Part shown: positions 11,101 to 21,395 of the stretch, in pieces
How positions within the stretch are numbered: position 1 is the stretch's first letter
Layout: the number at the start of each line of letters is the position of its first letter
NCBI GenBank assembly: GCA_950097015.1
Contig: CATNEN010000002.1
Location: forward strand, 8,308,001 to 8,372,000
DNA: 64,000 nucleotides
Reading direction: 5' to 3'
From: Macrostomum hystrix
Lineage: Eukaryota; Animalia; Platyhelminthes
Notes under the pieces: model-generated
Databases searched by the model: none
What the model was told of the DNA's origin: nothing
The model's input: the letters and a program-made list of their open reading frames with translations, nothing else
Program-made: the position numbers and the translations under genes

Positions 11101-13917
11101 CGGAGACATCCTTCCTGAAGCCTACGGAGACATCCATCCTGAAGCCTACGGAGACATCCATCCTGAAGTCTACGGAGACATCCTTCCTGAAGTCTACGGA
11201 GACATCCATCCTGAAGTCTACGGAGACATCCTTCCTGAAGTCTACGGAGACATCCTTCCTGAAGTCTACGGAGACATCCATCCTGAAGTCTACGGAGACA
11301 TCCTTCCTGAAGTCTACGGAGACATCCATCCTGAAGTCTACGGAGACATCCTTCCTGAAGCCTACGGAGACATCTGTTGTGCAGTTGATTAATGCACGTA
11401 CATAGTTCGTACATGTACACCTCTGATATCGATTGGCGCAGAATATATATAGTCCAAATACTGAGAGCCAACTTGGCGTGAAAGTTTCGGATACTAACTT
11501 GGCTGACTCGCTACTATTCATTTACAACAACATCCATCCTGAAGCCTACGGAGACATCCATCCTGAAGTCTACGGTGTTGTGTAATGATCGATGCTGGCT
11601 AGCCGATGTGCAGTCTTTCTCTTTCTCTCTCAGTGCACCTGCCCCCTAGTCCCCCATTGACGCGTACAATGTACATTGCTCACTGCACTTGACTAAACAA
11701 TAATATATATATCGGCTCTCTGCCCATCGCTGTAGTTGCATCGCTTGATGAGCTGGCGAAGTGAGCCGACGAATTGGTCGAAGTCCTCAGCTTCTCCTTG
11801 CACTCTTGTTCGAAGCTGGTAGCGCTCAAAGGTCTCATTCGACAGAGGCTCGCAGTACTCTTGGAACGCACTCTTTACAGCTGCGTACGTTGCTACTTGG
11901 TCTGCAGGAAACGTGGAGAATACGTCCTGTCCATCGGATCCCAGCGCGGTCAGGAGAACAGCGATCTTCACTTCTTCACTTTCTTCAGTCCTCTTCGTAG
12001 CTTTCATGTAGAAATCAAATGCACTGATCCATCGCCTCCAGTTGTCTGCCCTATTGGTGTCAAAAATCATGGGCTCTGGCGGCCTCAATCCATCCATGCT
12101 GGCTTGCTAGAAAGTTTAGACTTGCTAAACTTTGGTGAAAGGAGGTATGGCAGAAGTTAATGTGTTGTCTTTGCTGCTCAAGCGTGCGATTTAACAAACG
12201 GTCTAAAATGATATTTTTCAACATTAATATTGTATTGTTCCATATGATCGTAAAATATTTCAATGTTTTTATTTTTCCCCATTCAACTGTTTTCGTGCGA
12301 CTCCATTCGTGCTACTATATTCGTTCTACTCTTTTCGTGCCATTATATTCGTACTTTTCAATGTAAGGAGGTGTTGTGTAATGATCGATGCTGGCTAGCC
12401 GATGTGCAGTCTTTCTCTTTCTCTCTCAGTGCACCTGCCCCCTAGTCCCCCATTGACGCGTACAATGTAAATTGCTCACTGCACTTGACTAAACAATAAT
12501 ATATATATCGGCTCTCTGCCCATCGCTGGCTTTAAGCGTTTCGTAGCTCGCACACACTCGCCTTGACTTCTAACATAACATACGGAGACATCCATCCTGA
12601 AGCCTACGGAGACATCCATCCTGAAGTCTACGGAGACATCCATCCTGAAGTCTACGGAGACATCCATCCTGAAGTCTACGGAGACATCCTTCCTGAAGTC
12701 TACGGAGACATCCATCCTGAAGTCTACGGAGACATCCATCCTGAAGTCTACGGAGACATCCATCCTGAAGTCTAGGGAGACATCCATCCTGAAGTCTACG
12801 GAGACATCCTTCCTGAAGCCTACGGATTAGAAGCCTTCTTATAGCTCCTTCCTGAGGTTTTAGGAAAATCTTTTCTGAAGAAAATTCTTAAGTAAAGCCA
12901 TGAGCAAAGAAACCTTTTGGTCAGTCTCCGTTTCCTCGGCGTCATCGTCTCCATCAGCTGCCAGATCGGCCTCATCAGCAGCGGTGTCATCATTAGCCAA
13001 GCCAAACAGAGCGACTCGGCCGTCGGAAGCCTCACCGGCCGACAGCAACCAGTGCGGCAGGAGCTCAGCCAGGTGCTGGGGCTCAGCCAGGTGTGTCACA
13101 GCAGGTTTGCACAGCCTGTCACGCAGGGAGTGCAGCAGCAGCTGGCGCAGCGGGGAGCACGCGAACTCCTGCGCTGGCAGCAGGCGCGAAAGCGCCGAGT
13201 TCAGAGAGCCTGAATTGAGCAGGAGGTGAGCAGTCTCATACTCGTGTATGGCTACTAACAATAGCAGTCATCTCTAGCTAGCACATGCTCATACAGCTCA
13301 TAAAGCTACTCAATCTGTCCACCAGAACCTGTCAGAACTGCCTCGGACGCATTCGACCCGAAGTCCGGCCAGTCGACGATGTCCCGAGTCTCGCCATCTT
13401 TCAGTTCGGCGAATCGAGCCGCCAGAAAGTCGTGCGCCAGGCGGAGCAGGCGGGCGGCCATCGCCGGCCTGTCGCAGGCCTCCGCTCGAGTCAGCAGGCC
13501 GGCCGCCATGGCGTCTGCGGCCCGGCCGGCCTCGGCCAGCGTCAGAGCCACCTCCGGACTGTCCAGCTGATCGGCGACAAGGCGGGTCAACCAGGAGGTC
13601 AGGCAGAAGTCCATCACCGCCGACTTCAGCCTGGCCACGGACTGGCGCAGTTCGACTTCCTGTTGTCGTCGAATCACCGAGGGCGCGTCATCGATTTCGT
13701 CGAAAATATCGCCGATGCCGAAGTCGAATCCGACGACAAGGAGGCAGCGAAGCAGGCGCTCCAGGAATTGGCTGGAGTTGTCGGCCAAGGCGAAAGCCAG
13801 GGCGGCGAGGACAAGGGCGATGGCGGCGAGCAGGGGGGTCGAGCCCTGCCACAGCAGCCTCAGCGCGGAGATCAGCGCGCAAGCCGTCAGGACCGAGGAG
13901 GCCGCCTTGCAGGTCAT
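2179..13917 (-). CDS. SNX19: PXA-PX-PXC sorting nexin, SNX19-like (SNX13/14/19/25 family; no RGS domain seen). Exons 13329-13917, 12914-13209, 10372-10636, 10060-10208, 9753-9986, 8729-9148, 8383-8455, 6186-6375, 2179-2455
   Basis: N-terminal hydrophobic segments. PXA motifs (LKSAVMDFCLTSWL; LLPAQEFACSPLRQLL...LAEPQHL). PX domain (YTLYIVK|YLAWY...KRRYKQFASLYKDL...RIELLSDFLQ|ALIDIAEV). Nexin_C-like end (LTPLRLTRLLDRLTMIIRP...NRRLV). All eight introns are GT-AG with matching phases. The start codon is uncertain. Confidence 0.85.
2600..3610. repeat. 12-bp minisatellite ATTAGGGATTGC with variants ATTAAGGGTTCT and ATTAAAGATTG
   Basis: Tandem 12-mers, regular from ~2890 to 3600 and degenerate at the left. 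Lies in the last SNX intron. Confidence 0.9.
3990..6110. repeat. 21-bp minisatellite (GTCACACTCATGGGTAAGCTA / GTCACACTCATGGGTTGGTGA) changing to a 20-bp unit (ACTATGGGTGGGTGAGTCAC) after ~5800; interrupted at 4794-5379
   Basis: Direct tandem units. They explain the MSVTHQP and MGKLVTL ORFs. Confidence 0.95.
4794..5379 (-). mobile_element. 586-bp tRNA-headed SINE with (AAGT)n tail and 13-bp TSD
   Basis: The minus strand starts GGGGGCGAGGGGGGTCAGCGGCC...AGTTCGATTC (A/B-box-like) and ends CCCCCTGCAAAGTAAGTAAGTAA. It is flanked by GTGGGTGAGTCAC at 4781-4793 and 5380-5392. Confidence 0.8.
6555..8275. repeat. 65-bp minisatellite, ~26 copies, itself a diverged dimer of ~32-bp halves
   Basis: Unit GGATGGGTCAAGGGATCCTTTGCAAAGGAATGGGTCATGGGATTCTTTCGAGAGATGTGTTCCAA; period checked at 7251 vs 7316. 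Confidence 0.95.
9285..9545 (+). mobile_element. tRNA-derived SINE with CORE/Meta-like central motif
   Basis: CCAATGGTTAGAAG...GGAGTTCGAATCTC (A/B boxes) followed by TTCACCCAGCTGTAAAACGGGTGC. Confidence 0.55.
10728..12826. repeat. 24-bp minisatellite CCTGAAGTCTACGGAGACATCCWT (blocks 10728-11372, 11530-11575, 12581-12826)
   Basis: Direct tandem units in a SNX intron, split by a short spacer and by the Gypsy derivative. Confidence 0.95.
11576..12580 (-). mobile_element. 1.0-kb internally deleted Gypsy LTR retrotransposon: full 5' LTR 12372-12580, leader, gag fragment 11731-12097, truncated 3' LTR 11576-11730
   Basis: ~155-bp direct repeats, TG...CA termini and a 5-bp TSD TACGG (11571-11575, 12581-12585). 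Gag-like MDGLRPPEPM...NWRRWISAFDFYMKAT...KIAVLL...ETFERYQLRTRVQGEAE. Confidence 0.9.
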
Positions 13918-14762
13918 GTCGGATAGGCCAGCCCTGTCGAGTAGGTCGCAGCTGGTCGCACTGACGCGGGCTGCAAGCACATGTCAGTGTGTCAGTTGAC
14001 AGTCGCGCCATTCAGCCTCTGTTTTGTCTGAGTCTACTCAAAACTCACAAGCGAATAAAACAATTCACAGACCGGATTTCTCATTGTACCCCCACGGAGA
14101 AGGCAAACTGACTGCATACGCAAGGTAAAAACAAAATGATCAGTGTATTTAATTAGCACGAATACTGCCAGCAAGATCCTTACAAAGAACAACTAGTCCT
14201 GGGTAGATCACAATCAGAAAATAGAGAAGGGAGAGTTGAAACACAGTTAAATCTGTAGAGTAATCTAACATCAGGATCAACTAACAGTTCACTAGCCTTG
14301 AATAATGAGTAATAGCTAAATTGCAAACAGGAAACCGATCTTATGTGCAGATGAGAATTTTTCTATTGACAAATTGAATAGGCAATTAACATTCAGACTT
14401 CGGAATCAAACAAAAAAATTATCGAGCGAAGTAATAATAAAAGAATTAAAACATTCGAATTTGATAATAATAAAACACGAACCCTGACCGCTCCTTTCCC
14501 GTGTGCTTCTACGTGTGGTGGCTCTTAAATGGGCCGTTTTAGTGATTTCATGTTTTTGTATGTGTTTGTTTGCGCAAGTGTGGCGACTTATCTAAAAGTA
14601 ATACGATTGATAAAAGCTGACCCAGAATACACTGGGCAGCGACTATCGCAAAATAAAGCGCATGCTCACAGCCCCTGCATAATATTGTTTCCAAGGGCCT
14701 AAAATATTAATAAAACAGAAAAAGCATTCAGACAGGCACATACTACTGCTGTGCGGCTGAGG

Positions 14763-17700
14763 TCAGTAGCACATGCCGGCGCAGGCGGGACAGTCGGAGG
14801 TCGGCACCGCGGAGGCCTTGCTGCCAAGACGGCATTCAGCGTGGAAATAGTGGCCGCAGCCGAACAGCAGCAGGTGCGCCTCGGTGCCGTCCACCTGCGA
14901 CTCGCCGCCCCGCCTGGCAACCAGCAAGGGCGCCCGGCAACGAACGCACAGGTCGGTAGACGGCGCCACGCAGAGGGCGCGGCGGGCGGATGCGATCTGG
15001 ACACATGGGAGTCATACGTGAGTCAGCCCATCTCACTCCAGATGTCACTGAAGATTCCCACTTAGGATCTCACAGTCCATCTCTTCCCAGATCTCACAGC
15101 CCATCTCATCCCAGATCTCACAGCCCATCTCATCCCAGATCTCACAATCCATCTCATCCCAGATCTCACAGTCCATCTCATCCCAGATCTCACAGCCCAT
15201 CTCATCCCAGATCTCACAGTTCATCTCATCCCAGATCTCACAGCCCATCTCATCCCAGATCCCAGTCCACCCACCTGTTTGTGAATGAGGTTCTGGCAGT
15301 CCTGAGACTGAATGGTTGCGCAGCCCTGGGTCAGGGCGGTGCCCACTCTGTAGTCGCTGAGCAGTTTGACAATGCTGTTGCGGAGTCCCGGCACCTGCAT
15401 GCCGCGCTGAATCTTGTGAATGAGAATGGACGGGTCGACCTCGCTGCCAGAGTTCTGCAGCAGGACGGTGATGAGCTCCGGTCGGGTGCTGGCAGCATCG
15501 GCGGCGGCCATCCAGAGCTCTGGATCGGCCTCCTCGCGGCAAAACTGCACCACCCTGTCGAACTGGCGCTCGTCCAGCAGCAGTTGAAGTGCTTCCTTGC
15601 GTCGGCCCATCCTGGCCAGGATGTAGACAGACTCGGCGGTAAACTGCCGCTCTCCGCACAGCGCCAAAGCCAGCTCGTATTTGAAACCGGTGGAGGAGCG
15701 CAGAAACGGCAGCAGCTTGTGCCTGGCGTGGTCGGCGTAAAGCTCCACCATCTTGTCTGCGTGCTTCTCCACTCGGCTTGGGTCTTTAGTGTGGACAGCG
15801 TCCAGATAGTCGCAGAGCAGCGGTGACTGGTGGGATAGTTCCGCGATGATGGCGCTGATTGAAAAGCCGGACTGTTGGGATTGGTGAGAATGAGGGAACT
15901 ATATAACAAATAACAGGATACACTCGGTCAATTTTAGTGCATTGGGTTCTAATTTTTAGTATATTCGACTAGCAAAACCCAGCCCCAAATCCAGGGGGTC
16001 AGTGGCAGAGCGGTTAACACGTTTGCCTCTCGCGCCAAGGTCCCTAAGCTCTATATTCTGCGGCGAGGCCTCATTCATTTGGGGCGCAGCCGCGGAGAGA
16101 AGGCCTGGGGGCTTGACGTGCAATTCACGCCAACAACAAGGCCAACAAGTAGCTGCAATTCTTCAAACATCTCACTATCTGATTCAGCCGCCTACAAAAT
16201 ATATAATAATAAGTTTATCGGATCAAGATCACACCTGCTCATCTAGCAGCATCTGCAGCGTGCGGTCCTTGTCAATGCTGAACAGCAGGGGCAGCTTGTC
16301 AACAACATGGGCATGCAGCCGGTGCCGTTGGATCAATACAAAAGCATCGCAGCTGCTCAATCTGAGCAGTATACTCAAAGTCTTCTCGTGCTCGCCAGCT
16401 AACTCGTAGAGTCTGGCCAGGCAGCGATTCAACGTGGGCTCGCTCGGCTGACGACTGAGGGCATCCACTACGACCTGGGCAGCAGGAGTGGAGCAATCTG
16501 TACATGCCGATCCTACTATTGATTTCTGCATTAGTTTAACGATCGACTTACCTGAGTTAAAGCTCGAACAGTAAATAGATCGCTGGGCCAACTATTGATG
16601 AGCTCAAGGAACTGATTCTGGTCAGAGTGAAACACTTCATTCAGCACCAAATCGTAGATGCACTTATCCAGTCGTGGCTTCTCCTTTGGCAAGTGTCTGC
16701 ATTTCATAGTTAATAGGAAGAGAAGTGAGATCCGGATATACAGTACAGAAATAGCGCAAACCAAATATGCATACCTGGCCAGTGACCTGGCACTGTTGGC
16801 TGTATGAAATCGATAGGCCATTGCCTCCCACTCCTCCTTGCCGGTCAGCACAGTGCAGCAGAGCTCGGCCGCCTCGCTGAACTGGCCAGCGTTGAGCAGG
16901 TGCTCAATGTATTTGCGGCCAACGCTGGTCACAGTGAATTCGCCAGCTGGGCCGCCGCTTTTCACCTCGTCCAGGGCCTGGCTGAATTTTCTATACGACA
17001 GCAGCCACTTCAAATGGTCAACGCGGTCCCGCTGCTGGGCGCAGATTATGTCCTTCGGGCAGACAATAAAGTACATACCCTCGGAGCGCAGGTGCTCGAA
17101 TCGATAGTTCACAGGTGTGTAGCGCTCGAATCCACGCACCTTAGGAAAAGGAATAGGCCGATCTTTCAATGAAGAGATCGTTTCTAAAAAGACAGTTTTT
17201 GGCTTCTGATGATCAAATGAAAATGTAGTTCAAGGAGCGGATCAGCCTCATTCTAGGTAAAACATTCCGTGGTCTTGTGAGGCCGCCTCAACCACCCAAA
17301 TTTCTATCTGAACTGAATCATTGAGGACGTTGGTGAAGAGGGTGAACAGTCCGAATCCCTGATCACCGGGCAACATCCCTCAAGTTTCACGAGTGCACTC
17401 GAAAGTCAATCGTGGCCTCGCAGGCCTCACCTTCAGCTCCTCGATGGCCAGCTCAACGTAGGTGTCTATGCCAGGTTCTAGCAGGTGCAGCTGCGGCTTC
17501 TCCCGGTCTCGCTGACTGAGCAGCAGAAGCTCCCGACCGAAGCAGCAAATGCCGCACACGGTTAGGGGAAAGTTAAAGCTGGCCACAATCTGGCCAACCC
17601 GGCGGCCGCTGGCCCGATCAGGCACAATGCGACACACGTAGACATGGCGACGGAAAGCGGCGATAAAGTTTGCTTCGTCCGAGGCCTAGGAAACAGGTTG

Positions 17701-19385
17701 CAGGTGTTAATTATGGCTTATCTAGGATTATTTATAATAATGATTGCACGAGGGCTGCAGCTAACGGTACATTATTTGGTGAAGTCAATTCCTGCCAATT
17801 TCCCTGACTCCTGAGCACACTCGCACACGGGTTCAGAACGCAGGCACACGCTCACAAAAGTGTGTACCTCTGCCCTAAATTTCTCATCGGCAGGCAGTGT
17901 GCCTTGTGGATTGGCACTCAAGGGCGTAAATTGCACGACAAGCCCAAAAGCTTTCTCTCCGTGGCTGTGGCCTCTCCGCGAAATCGAGCTCAGGGACCTT
18001 GGTGCGAGAGGCAAACGCTTTAACCGCTCTGCCACTCAGCCCCACTACTTTGACAGATAATAAGCCGCAGCTGTTTCACCTGTATGAAGGCCGCGGTTCG
18101 GTCTGTCTCTGACTCAGGCCGGGGCAGGCTAGTGAGGCTGCGCCTCTCGGCCAAACAGTAGGCTCGGACACCCTCGTCTGTGCTCCAGGCCACCAGGCTG
18201 TTGGCCCACACAATGTTCCTGACGGCACCGCAGCCGGGCCGGGCCTCAGCCAGCACCCGGTGCTGCTTCTTGATGAAGCCAGGCTCCACCAGAATTAGCC
18301 GGTCATCGCCCGTGACGTAGGACTGGGTGGTGGCGAAGTTCGGCGAGATGGCGACGGAGTAGACCTGGGAAATTGCAGAGGCCGATTTGCATTTTCTATA
18401 GCCCTAGCAGCGGAAATGTCACGACTATTCTGAATAAAACACTTGAGTTTATAATGAGCACACCTTGAGTTTATTCTCATAAAATAGGACAGACTCCTTC
18501 AGTCCCATGAACAGACTCCTTCAGTCCCATGAACAGACTCCTTCATTCCCATGAACAGACTCCTTCATTCCCATGAACAGACTCCTTCATTCCCATGAAC
18601 AGACTCTTTTATTCCCATGAACAGACTCTTTTTTATTCCCATGAACAGACTCCTTCATTCCCATGAACAGGCTCCTTTATTCCTCATGAACAGACTGCTT
18701 CATTCCCATGAATAGACTCCTTCATTCCCATGAACAGGCTCCTTCATTCCTCATGAACAGACTGCTTCATTCCCATGAACAGACTCCTTCATTCCCATGA
18801 ACAGACTCCTTCATTCCCATGAACAGACTCTTTCATTCCCATGAACAGACTCTTTTATTCCCATGAACAGACTCCTTCATTCCCATGAACAGACTCTTTC
18901 ATTCCCATGAACAGACTCCTTCATTCCCATGAACAGACTCTTTCATTCCCAACAAACAGCCTCATTTATCCAGCAATGGGACGCACCGGCTTATCCAGCT
19001 TGAGGGTGGAGTGGGTCCTCTTATTGAAGATGTTGTAAATGATGACCCGCTCGTCCATGGAGCAGCTGGCCAAGTACTCGCCCTTCACATCGATTGAGAT
19101 CTGGTTGACGGTGGTCGAATGACCATTCAATGCCTTCGACTCGACGTTGTTGCCCATGTGGTCCAGGATGAAGATGTTGCCCCAGTTGGTCCCAACGCAA
19201 ATGAACTTGCTGTGCACAGCCAGGCACGTGATGAAGTCTTTGTCCAGTATGCGCAGCAGGTCTGTGTTACTCTGGCCAACCCGGTTGTACTTCAGCCTGG
19301 GCTCCAGCTCCTCGTACTCTGCCTCGCCGTCAGCGCCCAAATGCGCCGAGTCCTCCGTGGCCTCGCGGCTCTCCTCAAGTTTCTC
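14763..19385 (-). CDS. VPS41: VPS41 (HOPS subunit). Exons 18987-19385, 18080-18364, 17431-17685, 16775-17139, 16552-16696, 16235-16474, 15275-15871, 14763-14996; first exon not located
   Basis: EPRLKYNRV...CLAVHSKFICVGTNWG...VNQISIDVKGEYLASCSMD (WD40 N-terminus), YFIVCPKDII...DHLKWLL, clathrin-repeat-like region and a C-terminal RING-H2 (CVRC...FGCGHYFHAEC...CPAC). All intron phases match. Confidence 0.93.
15065..15262. repeat. 24-bp minisatellite ATCTCACAGCCCATCTCATCCCAG, ~8 copies
   Basis: Tandem units filling most of the last VPS41 intron. Confidence 0.9.
15994..16140 (+). mobile_element. tRNA-derived SINE fragment (duplicate of 87-235)
   Basis: Same head sequence, inside the duplicated block. 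Confidence 0.6.
17740..18043 (-). mobile_element. tRNA-derived SINE in a VPS41 intron
   Basis: Minus strand GGGGCTGAGTGGCAGAGCGGTTAAAGCG...GGTCCCTGAGCTCGATTT; homologous to 87-235. The 3' boundary is approximate. Confidence 0.6.
18489..18952. repeat. 22-bp minisatellite GAACAGACTCCTTCATTCCCAT, ~21 copies
   Basis: Direct tandem units in a VPS41 intron. Confidence 0.92.
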
Positions 19386-19449
19386 CTGGAAGGCAGCGGA
19401 GAACTTTCTTCGCTTGAGTACAGAGTGGCTGCTACCCCGCAGGCTTTAC

Positions 19450-20375
19450 TCTGAGCTACCCTGCAGCCTACTATCTGACCTACCCTGCAACCTACTAACT
19501 GAGCTACCCTGCAACCTACTAACTGAGCTACCCTGTCACCTACTATCTGAGCTACCCTGCAACCTACTAACTGAGCTACCCTGCAGCCTACTATCTGAGC
19601 TACCCTGCAACCTACTATCTGACCTACCCTGCAACCTACTAACTGAGCTACCCTGCAACCTACTAACTGAGCTACCCTGTCACCTACTATCTGAGCTACC
19701 CTGCAACCTACTAACTGAGCTACCCTGCAGCCTACTATCTGAGCTACCCTGCAACCTACTATCTGACCTACCCTGCAACATACTAACTGAGCTACCCTGC
19801 AACCTACTAACTGAGCTACCCTGCAACCTACTAACTGAGCTACCCTGCAACCTACTAACTGAGCTACCCTGCAACCTACTAACTGAGCTACCCTGCAACC
19901 TACTAACTGAGCTACCCTGCAACCTACTAACTGAGCTACCCTGCAACCTACTAACTGAGCTACCCTGCAACCTACTATCTGAGCTACCCTGCCACCTAAT
20001 ATCGGAGCTACCCTGCAACCTACTATCTGAGCTACCCTGCAACATACTATCTGAGCTACCCTGCAACATACTATCTGAGCTACCCTGCCACCTAATATCG
20101 GAGCTACCCTGCCACCTAATATCGGAGCTACCCTGCAACATACTATCTGAGCTACCCTGCAACATACTATCTGAGCTACCCTGCAACATACTATCTGAGC
20201 TACCCTGCCACCTAATATCGGAGCTACCCTGCCACCTAATATCGGAGCTACCCTGCAACATACTAACTGAGCTACCCTGTCACCTACTATCTGAGCTACC
20301 CTGCAACATACTATCTGAGCTACCCTGCAACCTACTTACTGAGCTACCCTGCAACATACTAACTAAGCTACTGAG
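19450..20375. repeat. 24-bp minisatellite CTGAGCTACCCTGCAACCTACTAA, ~38 copies
   Basis: Direct tandem units just upstream of the first identified VPS41 exon. Confidence 0.95.
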
Positions 20376-21395
20376 CTACCCTTCAACCTTTTCAAAGAAC
20401 AACTTAACACAAAAATTTCATAGTAACCTTTTTTTTAAAAAATTACCCACTGATGTCATATTGCACAGTTAAAATAGCAGGTTAGCTTGTATTTTGTCTA
20501 AATGCCAAGTCACATGTTAGACTACTTAAAGTAGAATCCACACACGCTGTATAAAATGACTTTTCTGCAAATTTAATTATAATAAAATCTTGTAGTAAGA
20601 ATCTATAAGTCGTGAAATTTTGACACGGTAGAATAGAAGGGTATTAAAAACACAATGCAATTTGGACAGTCAATGCAAGCATGCATTTTTGTACTATTTA
20701 CAGCAGGAAAAACTTTCACTGGATTCAGCTAGGCAGAAAATGCAGAAGTTAATGTTAGTAAAATATAGTATATTCGGATAAAAATAATCAGCACCAGTGA
20801 AGCCTGGCAAGGCTTAGATGCATAGAAAATGCGTTCGATGGTTGCGATCAAACTTACAACCTGGGAGGTCGAAGGCAAGTTGTCTATGGACCAAACTATG
20901 CGAGAACCCAGTCTACAATGAAGCTGGCTCATGGAGCTCAGGTGTTCTAGAATTAGAATGCTCTTTAGCTCATAGATCAATTTTATGGGTTTTCCGATAG
21001 AGTGATTGTAGATCAAATATTTTATTTGAACTCGCTCATAGATCAAGTATTTTATGAATTCGCTCAAAGTGCATTACTATGAACTTGGCCCAGAGATCAA
21101 GTACATTTTAATGAGTTCGTTCCTGAATCAACTTTTTATCTCGAACAATCACCTTGCTCATGCGACCCCTATTTGCCATGAACAGGCTCACTTACTTCTT
21201 TTACAATCAACTGGTCATGGGAGCCCATTATGACCTCGCTCATATTGTCCGTGAGCAATCAATTCGCTCACGCATCAGTCATGATCACTGGATATAAAAA
21301 GGCAGGCTGAAAATAAAGACTGAACATTCTAACATGCTCATCTCATTCTAACAATGTCTGGAAGGCAGAGGCTTAAAATAAGCTGCTCGTCAGCA

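Noticed and set aside
10670-11521. FRKDVSVD and GCLRRLQE repeat ORFs
   Set aside because: They are translations of the 24-bp intronic array; the SNX exons splice cleanly around it.
19147-20472. 441-aa plus-strand ORF with LLTELPCN repeats (LRR-like look)
   Set aside because: It is the antisense of a VPS41 exon plus a 24-bp minisatellite. There is no true LRR spacing and no signs of a gene.
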